Shown one piece after another: positions 49,801 to 58,880 of a stretch of DNA of 64,000 nt. The position numbers were made by a program, and so were the translations under genes. The DNA is from Johnsonella sp. (GTDB lineage Bacteria; Bacillota; Clostridia; Lachnospirales; Lachnospiraceae), in assembly GCA_030529445.1 (NCBI GenBank), contig JAUMWW010000002.1:54595-118594 (forward strand). Direction: 5' to 3'. Within the stretch, counting starts at the first letter, position 1, and each line of letters begins with the position of its first letter. Below the pieces are notes generated by a model. The model did not search any database. It was not told the origin of the DNA and saw nothing but the letters and a program-made list of their open reading frames with translations.

Positions 49801-50432
49801 GGGTTGAGTGCGTTCTTTCTGAAGGCGTCGATTGCATCCATATCCGCCATTTCCTTGAGATCCTCATAATCCCAAGCTTCTATCTTCTGAATCTCATGTG
49901 AGGTTCTGAATCCGTCAAAGAAATTGATAAAGGGCAGTCTTCCCTTTATCGCCGAAAGATGAGATACCGGAGTAAGGTCCATAACTTCCTGTACGGATGA
50001 GCTGCAAAGCATAGCGCATCCCGTCTGACGACATGCGTAAACGTCGGAATGGTCCCCGAATATACTCAGTGCATGGGTAGCAACGGTTCTTGCCGAAACA
50101 TTGAACACACCGGGGAGAAGCTCTCCCGCTATCTTATAAAGGTTGGGAAGCATGAGAAGAAGTCCCTGTGACGCCGTATACGTCGTTGTCAATGCACCTG
50201 CGGAAAGCGAGCCGTGTACCGCACCTGCTGCTCCTGCCTCGGACTGCATCTCGGTTACCTGTACGGTCTGACCGAAGATGTTTTCCCTTCCCTCCGTCGC
50301 CCAAACATCGGTATGCTCAGCCATAACCGAAGACGGTGTGATCGGATAGATCGCAGCCACATCGGTATATGCATATGAAGCATGAGATGCGGCTTGATTG
50401 CCATCCATGGTTTTCATTTTTCTGTTTGCCAT
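46887..50432 (-). CDS. nifJ: Pyruvate:ferredoxin (flavodoxin) oxidoreductase, single-polypeptide type
   Basis: 1181 aa. Two 4Fe-4S ferredoxin CxxCxxCxxxCP motifs. TPP-binding GGDGW/GDG domain VI. N-terminus MANRK...AIYPITPSS. Confidence 0.95.
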   Translation of the reverse strand: MANRKMKTMDGNQAASHASYAYTDVAAIYPITPSSVMAEHTDVWATEGRENIFGQTVQVTEMQSEAGAAGAVHGSLSAGALTTTYTASQGLLLMLPNLYKIAGELLPGVFNVSARTVATHALSIFGDHSDVYACRQTGCAMLCSSSVQEVMDLTPVSHLSAIKGRLPFINFFDGFRTSHEIQKIEAWDYEDLKEMADMDAIDAFRKNALNPNHPLERGSAQNPDIFFQAREACNKHYMALPAIVQEYMDKVNQKIGTNYKLFNYYGAEDAETIIIAMGSVNEAIEETVDYLMANGEKVGSVKVRLYRPFNAEALLAAIPDTVKRIHVLDRTKEPGALGEPLYLDVVAALRDTKFHDIPIMSGRYGLSSKDTTPSQMLAVFRNTEKKHFTVGIVDDVTHLSLDIKEHIITTPEGTKNCKFWGLGADGTVGANKNSIKIIGDNTDMYAQAYFDYDSKKSGGVTISHLRFGHKPIKSTYLIRKADFVACHNPAYIRKYNMVQELVDGGTFLLNCPWNAQELETHLPGQVKKYIADHKINFYTIDGVKIGIETGMGATRINTILQSAFFSLAAIIPQEKAIELMKKAAEKTYGRKGQEVVATNWAAIDAGAKQVVKVEVPASWANAQDEGLDFKVVSEGRKEVIDFVNNIQSHVNAQEGNNLPVSAFLDYVDGSTPSGTAAYEKRGIAVNIPVWNSNNCIQCGFCAYVCPHAVIRTVALSEEEANHVPEGMQTLGLTGMPGYKFAIAVSALDCTGCGSCANVCPGKKDKESGQQLKALTMQKLAENEGTQKYFDYGTNLPEKKEVIAKFKETTVKGSQFKKPLLEFSGACAGCGETPYARLVTQLFGDRMYIANATGCSSIWGNSSPSTPYTVNPQGKGPVWSNSLFEDNAEFGYGMYLANSAIRNGLKKKVESLMASTSSEELKAACQNYLDTYTVGATNGTATDQLVELLQKEEGEDAKHLLKNKDFLSKKSQWIFGGDGWAYDIGFGGLDHVLASGHDVNIFVFDTEVYSNTGGQSSKSTKTGATAQFAAGGKETKKKDLASIAMSYGYVYVAQIAMGADYNQTVKAIAEAEAYPGPSLIIAYAPCIAHGIKLGMGKSMTEEKLAVEAGYWHNFRYNPAAEKKFTLDSKAPTGDYQEFLKGEVRYASLALKNPERAEALFKRNEEDAKERYEYLQKLVTLYS

Positions 50433-50522
50433 CTTGATATCCTCCTACTTTTTATTGCTGAAATTATAAAAGATTGCTTTAATCAATTAAATCATTAAAA
50501 GTTTTTATGATATAAAATTAAA

Positions 50523-50582
50523 TAAGCCTTTCCTTAATTATTATAGCAATTATATGGATAATTGCAATTAAGAAAAGGCTTA
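50523..50582. terminator. 60-bp nested AT-rich palindrome between the vanW-like gene and the nifJ promoter region; likely terminator, possibly also an operator
   Basis: taagcctttccttaatt ... gcaattat-atgg-ataattgc ... aattaagaaaaggctta. Outer 17-bp arms with one mismatch, inner 8-bp perfect arms. Followed on the minus strand by a T-rich run. Confidence 0.4.
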
Positions 50583-50651
50583 ATATGTGTATTATTATTG
50601 AAACAATCCGGAGGATTTGTATAAATTTAAATACATATACTATTTTTTATC

Positions 50652-52526
50652 TTAGGGATTGGACGGAAGCGGAGGAATCGTCTCCTCTTCTCCTCCCGAA
50701 GTCGGAGCATTGCTTGGCGCGGGAGCCTGTGTAGCGGCAGGAGAGCTTGTCTGTGCCGCCGTACTTGCAGCCGCCTTGCTCGAGCTCTTGGTGCTCGGCT
50801 GAGCGGAACTTGTCGCAGCGGTTTGAGCCGCACTCTGATGCGCAGCGGAAGTATGCGCGGTATTGGAACCTGCGGAAATGCTCTCCCTGCTCCTGCTCGC
50901 TTCGCTGCTTCTCGTCGCATCGATCGGAGAATTGCCCGATTCGACGCCGTAATCCGCTCCCATATCGTCGGACGAGGAAATCTCGTCTATGATCGTACCC
51001 AAGGTTCCGTCCATGCTGTCGCTCTCTACCGTTTCCGTACCCACTGCCGCCAGAGGATCTATCACTCCGCCGGAGGAAGCCAGCGCATCCGTATTTCTTC
51101 TCACAATGGGAGGCTTGCCCTTATAAGTGCTGTTATGGAAAAATGCCGAGGATACGACCTCGCCGTTTTTGGTTTTGACGACATTGGTCTCCCATCTGCT
51201 TCCCTTGGTTCCCTCTTTTGCCAGAACCTCCACTCCTTTTGCGATCGTATCGTCCTCCTCGTACTGCGGTGCGGGAGAGTCCATTTCCTGAATCTTTTTT
51301 GAACTCATCGCTATCTTTTCGCCCTCCGCAAGAATCGGAATACCCACCACCGAGACCGTGAGTTTTTGATCCACGAGCTTTGCCCTGAGCGCGATTGCGG
51401 TATCGGAGGTATTGAGGAACTTCATATCCGGTCCGTCATAACCGTCATAGCTCACCATCGCATCCTCTCCCGGGGTTACATAAGAGGGCTCAAAGGTATG
51501 CGCATGCCTCTCGGTCGGCTGTAAACCGGCAAAAATAACCGCATTATACAGCGTCGAGGAAACCTGGCAGACACCGCCTCCCGGCTCCGCGACCAAAACG
51601 CCGTTTAAATATGCTCCGGCAGGCTTATATCCTCTTTCAAGCGTCCGGTTGCCCGTCGTTTTGTTAAAGGAGAAGGTCTCTCCCGGATGAATGATCATTC
51701 CGTCCAATGCCTCGCAGGCAAGGCGGATATTCGTGTTTCTGTCCTTATTGCTCGTGGTCGTGGTCGTAAACGCACCGATCACCTTATACATCGCTTTTGC
51801 CTGATCTCTTGTGATCTCTGCCGGCACCGTTTCCGAAAGCACGGTAATCACCGTCTTGAAATTCTTGGTCGCAAGTGCTTCCTGAATATCCTTCGTCAGC
51901 TTGACCTCATCTATCTCCAATCCGTTTTCTTCGTTGGAGTATATAAAGGAATTCGTCGTCTTATCAAATCCCTGTATCGAACCGTTTTTCGCTTTGATAT
52001 TCCATTTTTCCGCCATGGCGGCAACTTCCGCCTGAATCTGTGCATCCAGTCCGCTGAAATCAAGGCTGTAATTTTCTTCCGGATTGGGATTTGCATATAT
52101 TTTTTCGATCAGCTCATCAATCTTTGGTTCGATCAGATTTCCGATCTCATAGATCTCCTCCTCCGCCGATCCGTTAAGCCTTGCCTTCAAATCCCAGGTA
52201 TAGCTCTTGGTCAGCGTTTCTTTCGCCTCCGTCTTTGACATGCCCGTAATGATGATATCATCGACAAAAACATTCTTTTCCAGCGGCGCCTCCGTTGTCT
52301 CGACGAGGGCTTCTGTCTGCTGCTCCTCCTTTTTTTCTCCCTTGAACAAGCCCGCAATCCCTTTTATCGTAAAAATCAAAGAAATAATGACGATAAGCGA
52401 TACTCCGCATACGATCGCAATCTTGCGATAATCCCATCCCCCTCTGTTTCGTCTTTTCTTTGCCCCCTGTCTTCTTATAGTTTGATGTCTGTATCTCGAT
52501 TCTCTGCCACGATTTGCCATTCTCAT
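50652..52526 (-). CDS. VanW/YoaR-family protein with G5 domain and S/T/A-rich C-terminal tail
   Basis: N-terminal TM anchor. VanW core (PGETFSFN...AGAYLNG...GGGVCQVSSTLYNA). G5-like segment (KGTKGSRWETNVVKTKNGEVV). About 120 aa low-complexity Ser/Thr/Ala tail. Confidence 0.75.
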   Translation of the reverse strand: MRMANRGRESRYRHQTIRRQGAKKRRNRGGWDYRKIAIVCGVSLIVIISLIFTIKGIAGLFKGEKKEEQQTEALVETTEAPLEKNVFVDDIIITGMSKTEAKETLTKSYTWDLKARLNGSAEEEIYEIGNLIEPKIDELIEKIYANPNPEENYSLDFSGLDAQIQAEVAAMAEKWNIKAKNGSIQGFDKTTNSFIYSNEENGLEIDEVKLTKDIQEALATKNFKTVITVLSETVPAEITRDQAKAMYKVIGAFTTTTTSNKDRNTNIRLACEALDGMIIHPGETFSFNKTTGNRTLERGYKPAGAYLNGVLVAEPGGGVCQVSSTLYNAVIFAGLQPTERHAHTFEPSYVTPGEDAMVSYDGYDGPDMKFLNTSDTAIALRAKLVDQKLTVSVVGIPILAEGEKIAMSSKKIQEMDSPAPQYEEDDTIAKGVEVLAKEGTKGSRWETNVVKTKNGEVVSSAFFHNSTYKGKPPIVRRNTDALASSGGVIDPLAAVGTETVESDSMDGTLGTIIDEISSSDDMGADYGVESGNSPIDATRSSEASRSRESISAGSNTAHTSAAHQSAAQTAATSSAQPSTKSSSKAAASTAAQTSSPAATQAPAPSNAPTSGGEEETIPPLPSNP

Positions 52527-52895
52527 TCATCCTCTTGCCTAGTTTATGGAGTATATTTATAGAAAACCGTCTGCATGAAGTATGCAGAATCGGAATAAAT
52601 TAAAAAAATCCTTACCCTACTCATCCGCGAATCGTAAGGAAGTCCTGCTCTTTCTACAGTATAGCATATCTCAATATGTATTACTAATAAATATTTTTAT
52701 TAATAATTCGAAAAATTTTATTAAACTTATTTTTTCCGATTTAATTTCTTATTTTTTTCTTATCCCTTTTGCCCTGCCCTCCCCTCGGATTTGGCTTGAA
52801 AAATACCCGATCTTCATGTTAGGATTAGCTTATCCTGATCTGTGCAGAAAACACCGAACGCATATTCAGAGCGTTCCCCCGGGAAAGGAGAAAGA

Positions 52896-53798
52896 ATGAA
52901 CAAGGAAGTATTGGAAAAAGAACAATTTATCGATCTTCATACGCATACCCTCGCCTCGGACGGAACATTGCAGCCCGCAGAGCTCGTCCGCCGCGCAGAG
53001 GAAATCGGACTTGCCGCGCTCGCCATTACCGATCATGATACAATGGACGGCTTTGCGGAGCTTTCGCAAGATCGCACTTTGCGAAGAATCCGCCTGATTC
53101 CGGGCGTTGAGATGAGCGCGGTTTATCAAGAGAAGGAAATCCATATCTTAGGCTATCTTTTTCAAGAGGACGGCTTCTCATTTTCTTCCGTCGATCGCTC
53201 GATTTTATCGGATCTGGAAGAGTTTGCGCTTGAAAGAAGGCGGCGCAATTTGGAAATCATTCGCAGGCTTTGCAATGACGGAATAAATATCCGAGAAGAG
53301 GATCTGTATTTCGGCAATCCCAAAACCAAAATTACCAGAGCGCATTTTGCAAGATTTCTGGCGGAAAACGCCTACGTCAAGGATATCCCTTCCGCATTTC
53401 AGCTCTATTTAAAAACAAACGGAAAATACTGCCCTCCGAAGACGAGCAGTTCAGATAAAATCATGAGCTTTTTCCGCCGTCACGGATTCTTCATCTCTCT
53501 TGCCCATCCTCTCGAATACCGTTTTTCAAACAGAGAGCTGGAAAAACTGATTCTCGAGCTGAAGGAGCAGGGATTGCACGGCTTGGAAGCCTATCATTCC
53601 ACGCATAAGCCCCCGGATACCAAAAAACTCCTTTCCTATGCAAAGCGTTTTGCTCTGCTTCCCACCGGAGGCTCGGATTTTCACGGAACAAATAAGCCCG
53701 ATATCCAAATCGGCACGGGATACGGGGGGCTCAGAATTCCTCTTTCCCTCCTCAATGATATCGATACCTTTATCTTGAAAAACGAATCGCTGCATTAG
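52896..53798 (+). CDS. PHP-domain (polymerase and histidinol phosphatase) metal-dependent phosphoesterase, TrpH/YciV-like
   Basis: [12 protein letters not shown] and AITDHDT motifs. GGAGAAAGA RBS before the ATG at 52896; the track ORF starts 54 nt too early. Confidence 0.8.
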   Translation: MNKEVLEKEQFIDLHTHTLASDGTLQPAELVRRAEEIGLAALAITDHDTMDGFAELSQDRTLRRIRLIPGVEMSAVYQEKEIHILGYLFQEDGFSFSSVDRSILSDLEEFALERRRRNLEIIRRLCNDGINIREEDLYFGNPKTKITRAHFARFLAENAYVKDIPSAFQLYLKTNGKYCPPKTSSSDKIMSFFRRHGFFISLAHPLEYRFSNRELEKLILELKEQGLHGLEAYHSTHKPPDTKKLLSYAKRFALLPTGGSDFHGTNKPDIQIGTGYGGLRIPLSLLNDIDTFILKNESLH

Positions 53799-53829
53799 TT
53801 TCCTTTTGCAGCGATTCTCTCTTTTTTAT

Positions 53830-54087
53830 TTACTCTCCCTGATACATATACTTGATCAGTCTCTCTATATCCTCCTTATCATGGGCAACGAGATCAAGCT
53901 CCTTGATGTATCCGTTGGAAAAAATCGTCGCCATGGAAAGATACTGACTCAGTTTGCTCTTGAGGTTAATCCTGTCTCCCTCCGGTGATACCAACTCAAC
54001 GACTCCCTTGCACTCATCGACCACCTTGAAAAATGCATCAATATCCGTTATATTCTGTACTTTCATAGAAACCTCCGTCTTTTTCAA
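53830..54087 (-). CDS. Small HPr-like protein lacking the phospho-accepting His
   Basis: 85 aa. The GDRINLKSKLSQYLSM segment parallels HPr GKxVNLKSIMGVMSLG, but the His15 region is ITDIDAFFKVV. GGAGG RBS present. Confidence 0.35.
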   Translation of the reverse strand: MKKTEVSMKVQNITDIDAFFKVVDECKGVVELVSPEGDRINLKSKLSQYLSMATIFSNGYIKELDLVAHDKEDIERLIKYMYQGE

Positions 54088-54233
54088 TCCGAGCGGAGCA
54101 TAAAGCTCCCTCTCTTTTTGATTCCTTATTTCAAGTGGATTATACCAAAATTAACAATCCTATTCAAGCAGAATCTTATCCGGATGCTCCCGCCCCCGCC
54201 GCAGCAGGCGGATTTTAGTTTTTTGCGCCTTCC

Positions 54234-54776
54234 TCAGGCTTTGAGTTCCTTCTTCAAGCCTTGCAGCATCCCCGTTTTTTCCATTGTCTTGGTGATCAGC
54301 AGTGCAATCAGCGTTCCTCCCGCGGTGCTGATCAAAAAGGGAAGCACAAAGGTAAATATTGCAGCATCCCGGTTTCCGATTATAAAATATGCGATCGGAT
54401 AGGAAAGAATACCTCCGATCAGGGCTGTTCCTATGATTTCTCCGAGATAGGCAAAGGAAAGCGTTTTCGTCCTTTGGTAAAGCAGCCCTGCCAGAAAAGC
54501 TCCCGGCATGCTTCCCGGAAAAGCAAGCAGCGTTCCTATTCCGAGCAAATTTCTGATCACACTCGTGCAAAATGCGCTTGCAAGAGCATAATAAGGTCCG
54601 AGAAATACCGCGGAAAGAATATTAACCATATGCTGAACCGGCGCACATTTCGATCCGAATATCGGAAAATGATAGAGCGAGCCTATGATCGATACCGCGC
54701 TGAAAATCGCCGCCAATGCAAGCCTTTTGATATCCGGCATTTTTATTTCCCTCTCTTTTTTGTTTTTTGCTTCCAT
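54234..54776 (-). CDS. thiW: ECF-type thiazole transporter S component
   Basis: FPIFGSKCAPVQHMVNILSAVFLGP matches the ThiW signature. The start could alternatively be the internal MPDIK ATG at 54740. Confidence 0.8.
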   Translation of the reverse strand: MEAKNKKEREIKMPDIKRLALAAIFSAVSIIGSLYHFPIFGSKCAPVQHMVNILSAVFLGPYYALASAFCTSVIRNLLGIGTLLAFPGSMPGAFLAGLLYQRTKTLSFAYLGEIIGTALIGGILSYPIAYFIIGNRDAAIFTFVLPFLISTAGGTLIALLITKTMEKTGMLQGLKKELKA

Positions 54777-54808
54777 ATTTCCTCCTCTTCTCTTCCATCA
54801 GCTCGTTT

Positions 54809-55990
54809 TTAAGCGAGTCTTGAATACCTTTCTATCACTCTGTCCACTCCGACGCAAATCAAAATCGTAATCAGCATACTGGGCAATGTGCTTCCGAAGC
54901 CTCCGTCCACCCTGAGCAGCATTCTGTATATGCAAAACCCGACCAGCCAGATCAAAAGATTTCTCTTATTGAACTCTCCGGGATATCCCGGCTTTCTTAA
55001 GATGAAATAATCCGTAATCTGGATTGCAATCATCGGGGCAAATACCGAGCCGATGAAAAACAAAAATCCCATAATATTATCCATCGGATATACCATTGCC
55101 GCGGCGGTTCCGAGCAGAGTAACGATGATTGCCGTATTTTTGCTCTTTATTTTTTCCGAAATCGATTCCGCCGAAATTCCCGCCGAATACACATCCAGAA
55201 ACGTCGTGGTTACGGTGGAAAATACGATAATCAAAAGCCCGGCAATGCCCAGCCCCGCCTTTACCATGATGGAGGCGATATCCCCTCCTCCCGTATGCAG
55301 TGCGGCTCCCATACCGATTGCATACATAAAGATGCTCACGAAATTGTATACGATCACGCTGGAAAGTGTAACCGAAAAAGGCTCTTTCGCATCCTTCGTA
55401 TAATCGCTGATCAGAGGAAGCCAGGAAAGCGGCATCGCTACCGAAAGCTCCAGGGCCGCACCGAAGCTCATTTTCTCCTCTACCCCCCGGGTAAAGGTTT
55501 CATCGGAAAACATAACCAGCTTAAAGAGAATGAGGCTTAAGACAAAAAGCAGCAGCATCGCAAGCGTATTGATCTTTCCCAGATTGGAGAGCCCGATTAA
55601 GAGCCATACTAAAATCAGGGCTCCGATCAGCAGCCCCCAAAACCACACTCCCTTGGATAGGATGCTGTCCGCGGCAAGCGCTCCGTCATAGATCATGATG
55701 GAGGTCCATCCTACGAGCTGAATAATGTTCAGCACCGAAAAAACTATGCTTCCTTTGCTGCCGAAGCTGAGCTTTACCGTATCCATCGCCGATCTCTCTT
55801 CCATTGCCCCTATCATCCCGGCGGTAAACATCAGAAAGCCTCCGATCAGATGCCCGACGATAATCGCCAGCATTCCCTTCATGAAACCGAGCGGTGCAAA
55901 ATAGGTTCCCGTGAGGATTTCGGCTATCGAAACCCCCGCTCCGAACCAGATTAAACTGTTTGAAATAACCCCCGTTTTTTGCTTCTTCAT
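54809..55990 (-). CDS. cytX: NCS1-type putative hydroxymethylpyrimidine transporter
   Basis: 393 aa, 12 TM segments, cytosine/purine permease-like fold. Sits directly downstream of a TPP riboswitch and upstream of thiW. Confidence 0.7.
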   Translation of the reverse strand: MKKQKTGVISNSLIWFGAGVSIAEILTGTYFAPLGFMKGMLAIIVGHLIGGFLMFTAGMIGAMEERSAMDTVKLSFGSKGSIVFSVLNIIQLVGWTSIMIYDGALAADSILSKGVWFWGLLIGALILVWLLIGLSNLGKINTLAMLLLFVLSLILFKLVMFSDETFTRGVEEKMSFGAALELSVAMPLSWLPLISDYTKDAKEPFSVTLSSVIVYNFVSIFMYAIGMGAALHTGGGDIASIMVKAGLGIAGLLIIVFSTVTTTFLDVYSAGISAESISEKIKSKNTAIIVTLLGTAAAMVYPMDNIMGFLFFIGSVFAPMIAIQITDYFILRKPGYPGEFNKRNLLIWLVGFCIYRMLLRVDGGFGSTLPSMLITILICVGVDRVIERYSRLA

Positions 55991-56071
55991 TAAAACCCCC
56001 CTTTATTCTCTTAATATACAGGCATGCTCTTTCCTCGTGCAAAGCCCTATTCTCTCCGATTCCGAATTGCA

Positions 56072-56110
56072 TGCAAAAAAATGCAGAACACCAAAATAGG
56101 CATTCTGCAT
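56072..56110 (-). terminator. Expression-platform terminator of the TPP riboswitch
   Basis: Minus-strand hairpin tgcagaatgcctattttggtgttctgca followed by U7. Confidence 0.55.
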
Positions 56111-56119
56111 CATCAGCAA

Positions 56120-56212
56120 AGCAATATTTCCCTACGTTGGCATTATCCAAATCAGGTTATAGGTTGCGGGAATCTCCCGCTCTCAGCCCTTTCAGAGCAC
56201 CCTTTTTTCTCC
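56120..56212 (-). ncRNA. TPP (THI-box) riboswitch
   Basis: Minus strand contains GGGUGCUCUGAAAGGGCUGAGAG...AACCUGAUUUGGAUAAUGCCAACGUAGGGAA. These are the canonical UGAGA and CUGAUcUGGAUAAUGCCAgCGUAGGGAA pyrimidine/pyrophosphate-sensing helices. Confidence 0.85.
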
Positions 56213-56215
56213 AGC

Positions 56216-56245
56216 ATTATAGCATATCCGTTCACTTTGTTTCAA
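56216..56245 (-). promoter_or_regulatory. Promoter for the riboswitch-cytX-thiW transcript
   Basis: Minus strand TTGAAA-18 nt-TATAAT immediately upstream of the aptamer. Confidence 0.5.
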
Positions 56246-56270
56246 GCATTTTCCTTTATTCCCGCAAAAA

Positions 56271-58691
56271 TTATTTTACGACGAAGTTTAGGATCTTCTT
56301 CGGAACATAAATCTCTTTGACAATGCTTCCCTCCAGCTTATTTGCCTTGGCAAGCGCCTCCTTTGCGGACTCTATCGCCTCTTCCCTGGAAACGGCTGCC
56401 GGAAGCTCCAAAACAAGCCTCGTCTTTCCGTTGATCTGCACCGGTATCTCAAGAACCTCGTCCTTCATCTTCTCTTCGTCATACTCCGGCCAGCTCTCGG
56501 AAAATACGCTCTTCTCTTCGCCCAGAAGGCTCCAGAGCTCCTCGCTGATATGGGGAGCAAAGGGGGAAAGCAGAATAATAAAGGTTTTTAAGGTTTCCTT
56601 ATCGATTCCTCCCTCGGCTTTTGCAAGATCAATCAGCTTATTATTATACTCCATAAAGCCGGCAATAACGGTATTCAGACTGAAGGAGCCAAAGCGGTAA
56701 TCGATATCGGCAATCAGCTTATGCCTTAGCTTCAGGCTCTCCTTGCTTTCCTTGATCTCCTTGTCCTTTGAGGCGATCACGAGATTCCAGAATTTATTCA
56801 AAAAGCGGAATACGCCCTCTATCCCTCTGTCATCCCATTCCGCATCCAGTTCCGGCGGTCCTACGAAAAGCTCATACATTCGAAGTGCATCGCAGCCGTA
56901 ATCCCTCACGAGCGCATCGGGAGATACGACATTCCCCTTCGATTTGCTCATCTTGATTCCGTTTTTTCCGGTGATCATTCCCTGATTGAAAAGCTTGATA
57001 AAAGGCTCTTCAAAATCCAGTACGCCGATATCATAAAGAAACTTCGTATAAAATCTCGAGTAGAGAAGATGAAGCACGGCATGCTCCACCCCTCCGATAT
57101 ACATATCCACGGGGAGGTATTTCTTTGCCTTCTCCTTGGATATCAGCGCATTATCGTTACGGCTGTCCACATAGCGCAGGAAGTACCAGCTCGATCCCGC
57201 CCACTGCGGCATGGTATTGGTCTCTCTCTTTGCGGCTCTCTTGCAGACAGGGCAGCTCGTATTGACCCAATCCTCTATCGCCGCAAGCGGAGATTCTCCC
57301 GTGCCCGTAGGCTGATAGCTGTCCACCTCGGGAAGCAGCAGAGGAAGCTCCTCTTCGGGAACCGGAACATTGCCGCAGTGCGGACAATGAATGATCGGTA
57401 TCGGCTCTCCCCAATACCTCTGACGGGAAAATACCCAGTCTCGAAGCTTGAAATTTTCGGTTTTCTTTCCGTATCCCAGCTTTTCGATCATAAACGGGGC
57501 TTCTTTTTTAAGCACGGAGGATTCCATTCCGTTCCATTCTCCGGAATTGATCACAATGCCTGCCGCCTCGGTATATGCCTCTTCCATATCCGCGATCTCT
57601 TTGCCCTCTTTTGCGATTACCTGCACGATGGGAAGATCGAATTTCTTCGCAAATTCGAAATCTCTCTCGTCATGCGCCGGAACGCACATAATCGCTCCGG
57701 TTCCGTAGTCTGCAAGCACATAATCGGCGATCCAGACCGGGATTTTTTGCTTGGAAAGCGGATTGACGGCATAGCGTCCGGTAAAAACTCCCGTCTTCTC
57801 CTTTGCCTGCATACGGTCCACATTGGATTTCATCGAGGCGTCCATGATGTACTGTTCTACTTCCCGACTCCGCTCTTCACAAGCAATTCCCGCAGAAAGC
57901 GCATGTTCTGGTGAAAGCACGATGAAGGTCGCTCCGTAAAGCGTATCCGGTCTGGTCGTATACACGCTTATGCTTTCTTCGCTGTTTTCGAGCGGGAAAT
58001 CAACCTCCGCACCATAGGACTTTCCGATCCAATCCGACTGCATCTTCTTTACCTTCTCGGGCCAGTCCAGCTGATCCAGATCATTCAGAAGGCGATCCGC
58101 ATAGGCTGTGATTTTAAGCATCCATTGACGAAGATTCTTTTTGCTCACCTTCGTGCCGCAGCGCTCGCACTCTCCGTCCACCACTTCCTCATTCGCCAAG
58201 CCCGTCTTGCAGGAGGGGCACCAGTTAATCGGAAATTCCTTCTCATATGCCAGCCCCTTCTTGAACATCTGCACAAAGATCCACTGCGTCCATTTATAAA
58301 AAGAGGGATCTGTCGTATTCACTTCCATATCCCAGTCATAAACCGCCGCAATTTCTTCCATCTGCTTCTTGATATTGCGGATATTTTCCTCTGTGGACTT
58401 CGCGGGATGAACCCCCATCTTGATCGCATAGTTCTCCGCCGGAAGCCCGAAGGCATCCCAGCCCATCGGATGAATGACATAGCGCCCCTTCAGGATCTGG
58501 TATCTGCTCCAGACATCCGAAATCACATATCCCCTCCAATGCCCGACATGAAGTCCGGAGCCCGAGGGATAAGGAAACATATCGAGACAGTAATACTTCT
58601 CCTTTTTCTCCTTATCCTGATTGATCGGCTTCTCCGCCCAGATCTTCCTCCATTTTTTTTCTATTGAACTATGATTATACTGCAAAGCCAT
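56271..58691 (-). CDS. leuS: Leucine--tRNA ligase
   Basis: 806 aa. HIGH-type [12 protein letters not shown] motif and KMSKS motif; LeuS CP1 editing domain. Confidence 0.95.
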   Translation of the reverse strand: MALQYNHSSIEKKWRKIWAEKPINQDKEKKEKYYCLDMFPYPSGSGLHVGHWRGYVISDVWSRYQILKGRYVIHPMGWDAFGLPAENYAIKMGVHPAKSTEENIRNIKKQMEEIAAVYDWDMEVNTTDPSFYKWTQWIFVQMFKKGLAYEKEFPINWCPSCKTGLANEEVVDGECERCGTKVSKKNLRQWMLKITAYADRLLNDLDQLDWPEKVKKMQSDWIGKSYGAEVDFPLENSEESISVYTTRPDTLYGATFIVLSPEHALSAGIACEERSREVEQYIMDASMKSNVDRMQAKEKTGVFTGRYAVNPLSKQKIPVWIADYVLADYGTGAIMCVPAHDERDFEFAKKFDLPIVQVIAKEGKEIADMEEAYTEAAGIVINSGEWNGMESSVLKKEAPFMIEKLGYGKKTENFKLRDWVFSRQRYWGEPIPIIHCPHCGNVPVPEEELPLLLPEVDSYQPTGTGESPLAAIEDWVNTSCPVCKRAAKRETNTMPQWAGSSWYFLRYVDSRNDNALISKEKAKKYLPVDMYIGGVEHAVLHLLYSRFYTKFLYDIGVLDFEEPFIKLFNQGMITGKNGIKMSKSKGNVVSPDALVRDYGCDALRMYELFVGPPELDAEWDDRGIEGVFRFLNKFWNLVIASKDKEIKESKESLKLRHKLIADIDYRFGSFSLNTVIAGFMEYNNKLIDLAKAEGGIDKETLKTFIILLSPFAPHISEELWSLLGEEKSVFSESWPEYDEEKMKDEVLEIPVQINGKTRLVLELPAAVSREEAIESAKEALAKANKLEGSIVKEIYVPKKILNFVVK

Positions 58692-58880
58692 GAAGTCCCT
58701 CCCTTTTATCTGCTAAAGCCCCGCATTGAAAAATGTCGGGGCTTTTCTTAATCTTTATTGTTTGTGCATGCCTGCCGCACCAATATAGCATAGAAGCGAA
58801 AGAAATGTCAAGAAAGGAGAGCTTTCCCGCAAATCCATTCTCCCGGTTTTAGATTCCTCTCTCCGAAGGAGAAAATCGCC

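Noticed and set aside
58692-58880. Possible T-box leader upstream of leuS
   Set aside because: Only 189 nt are available and they are occupied by the EF-G paralog terminator hairpin and the leuS RBS. No specifier or antiterminator features are present.
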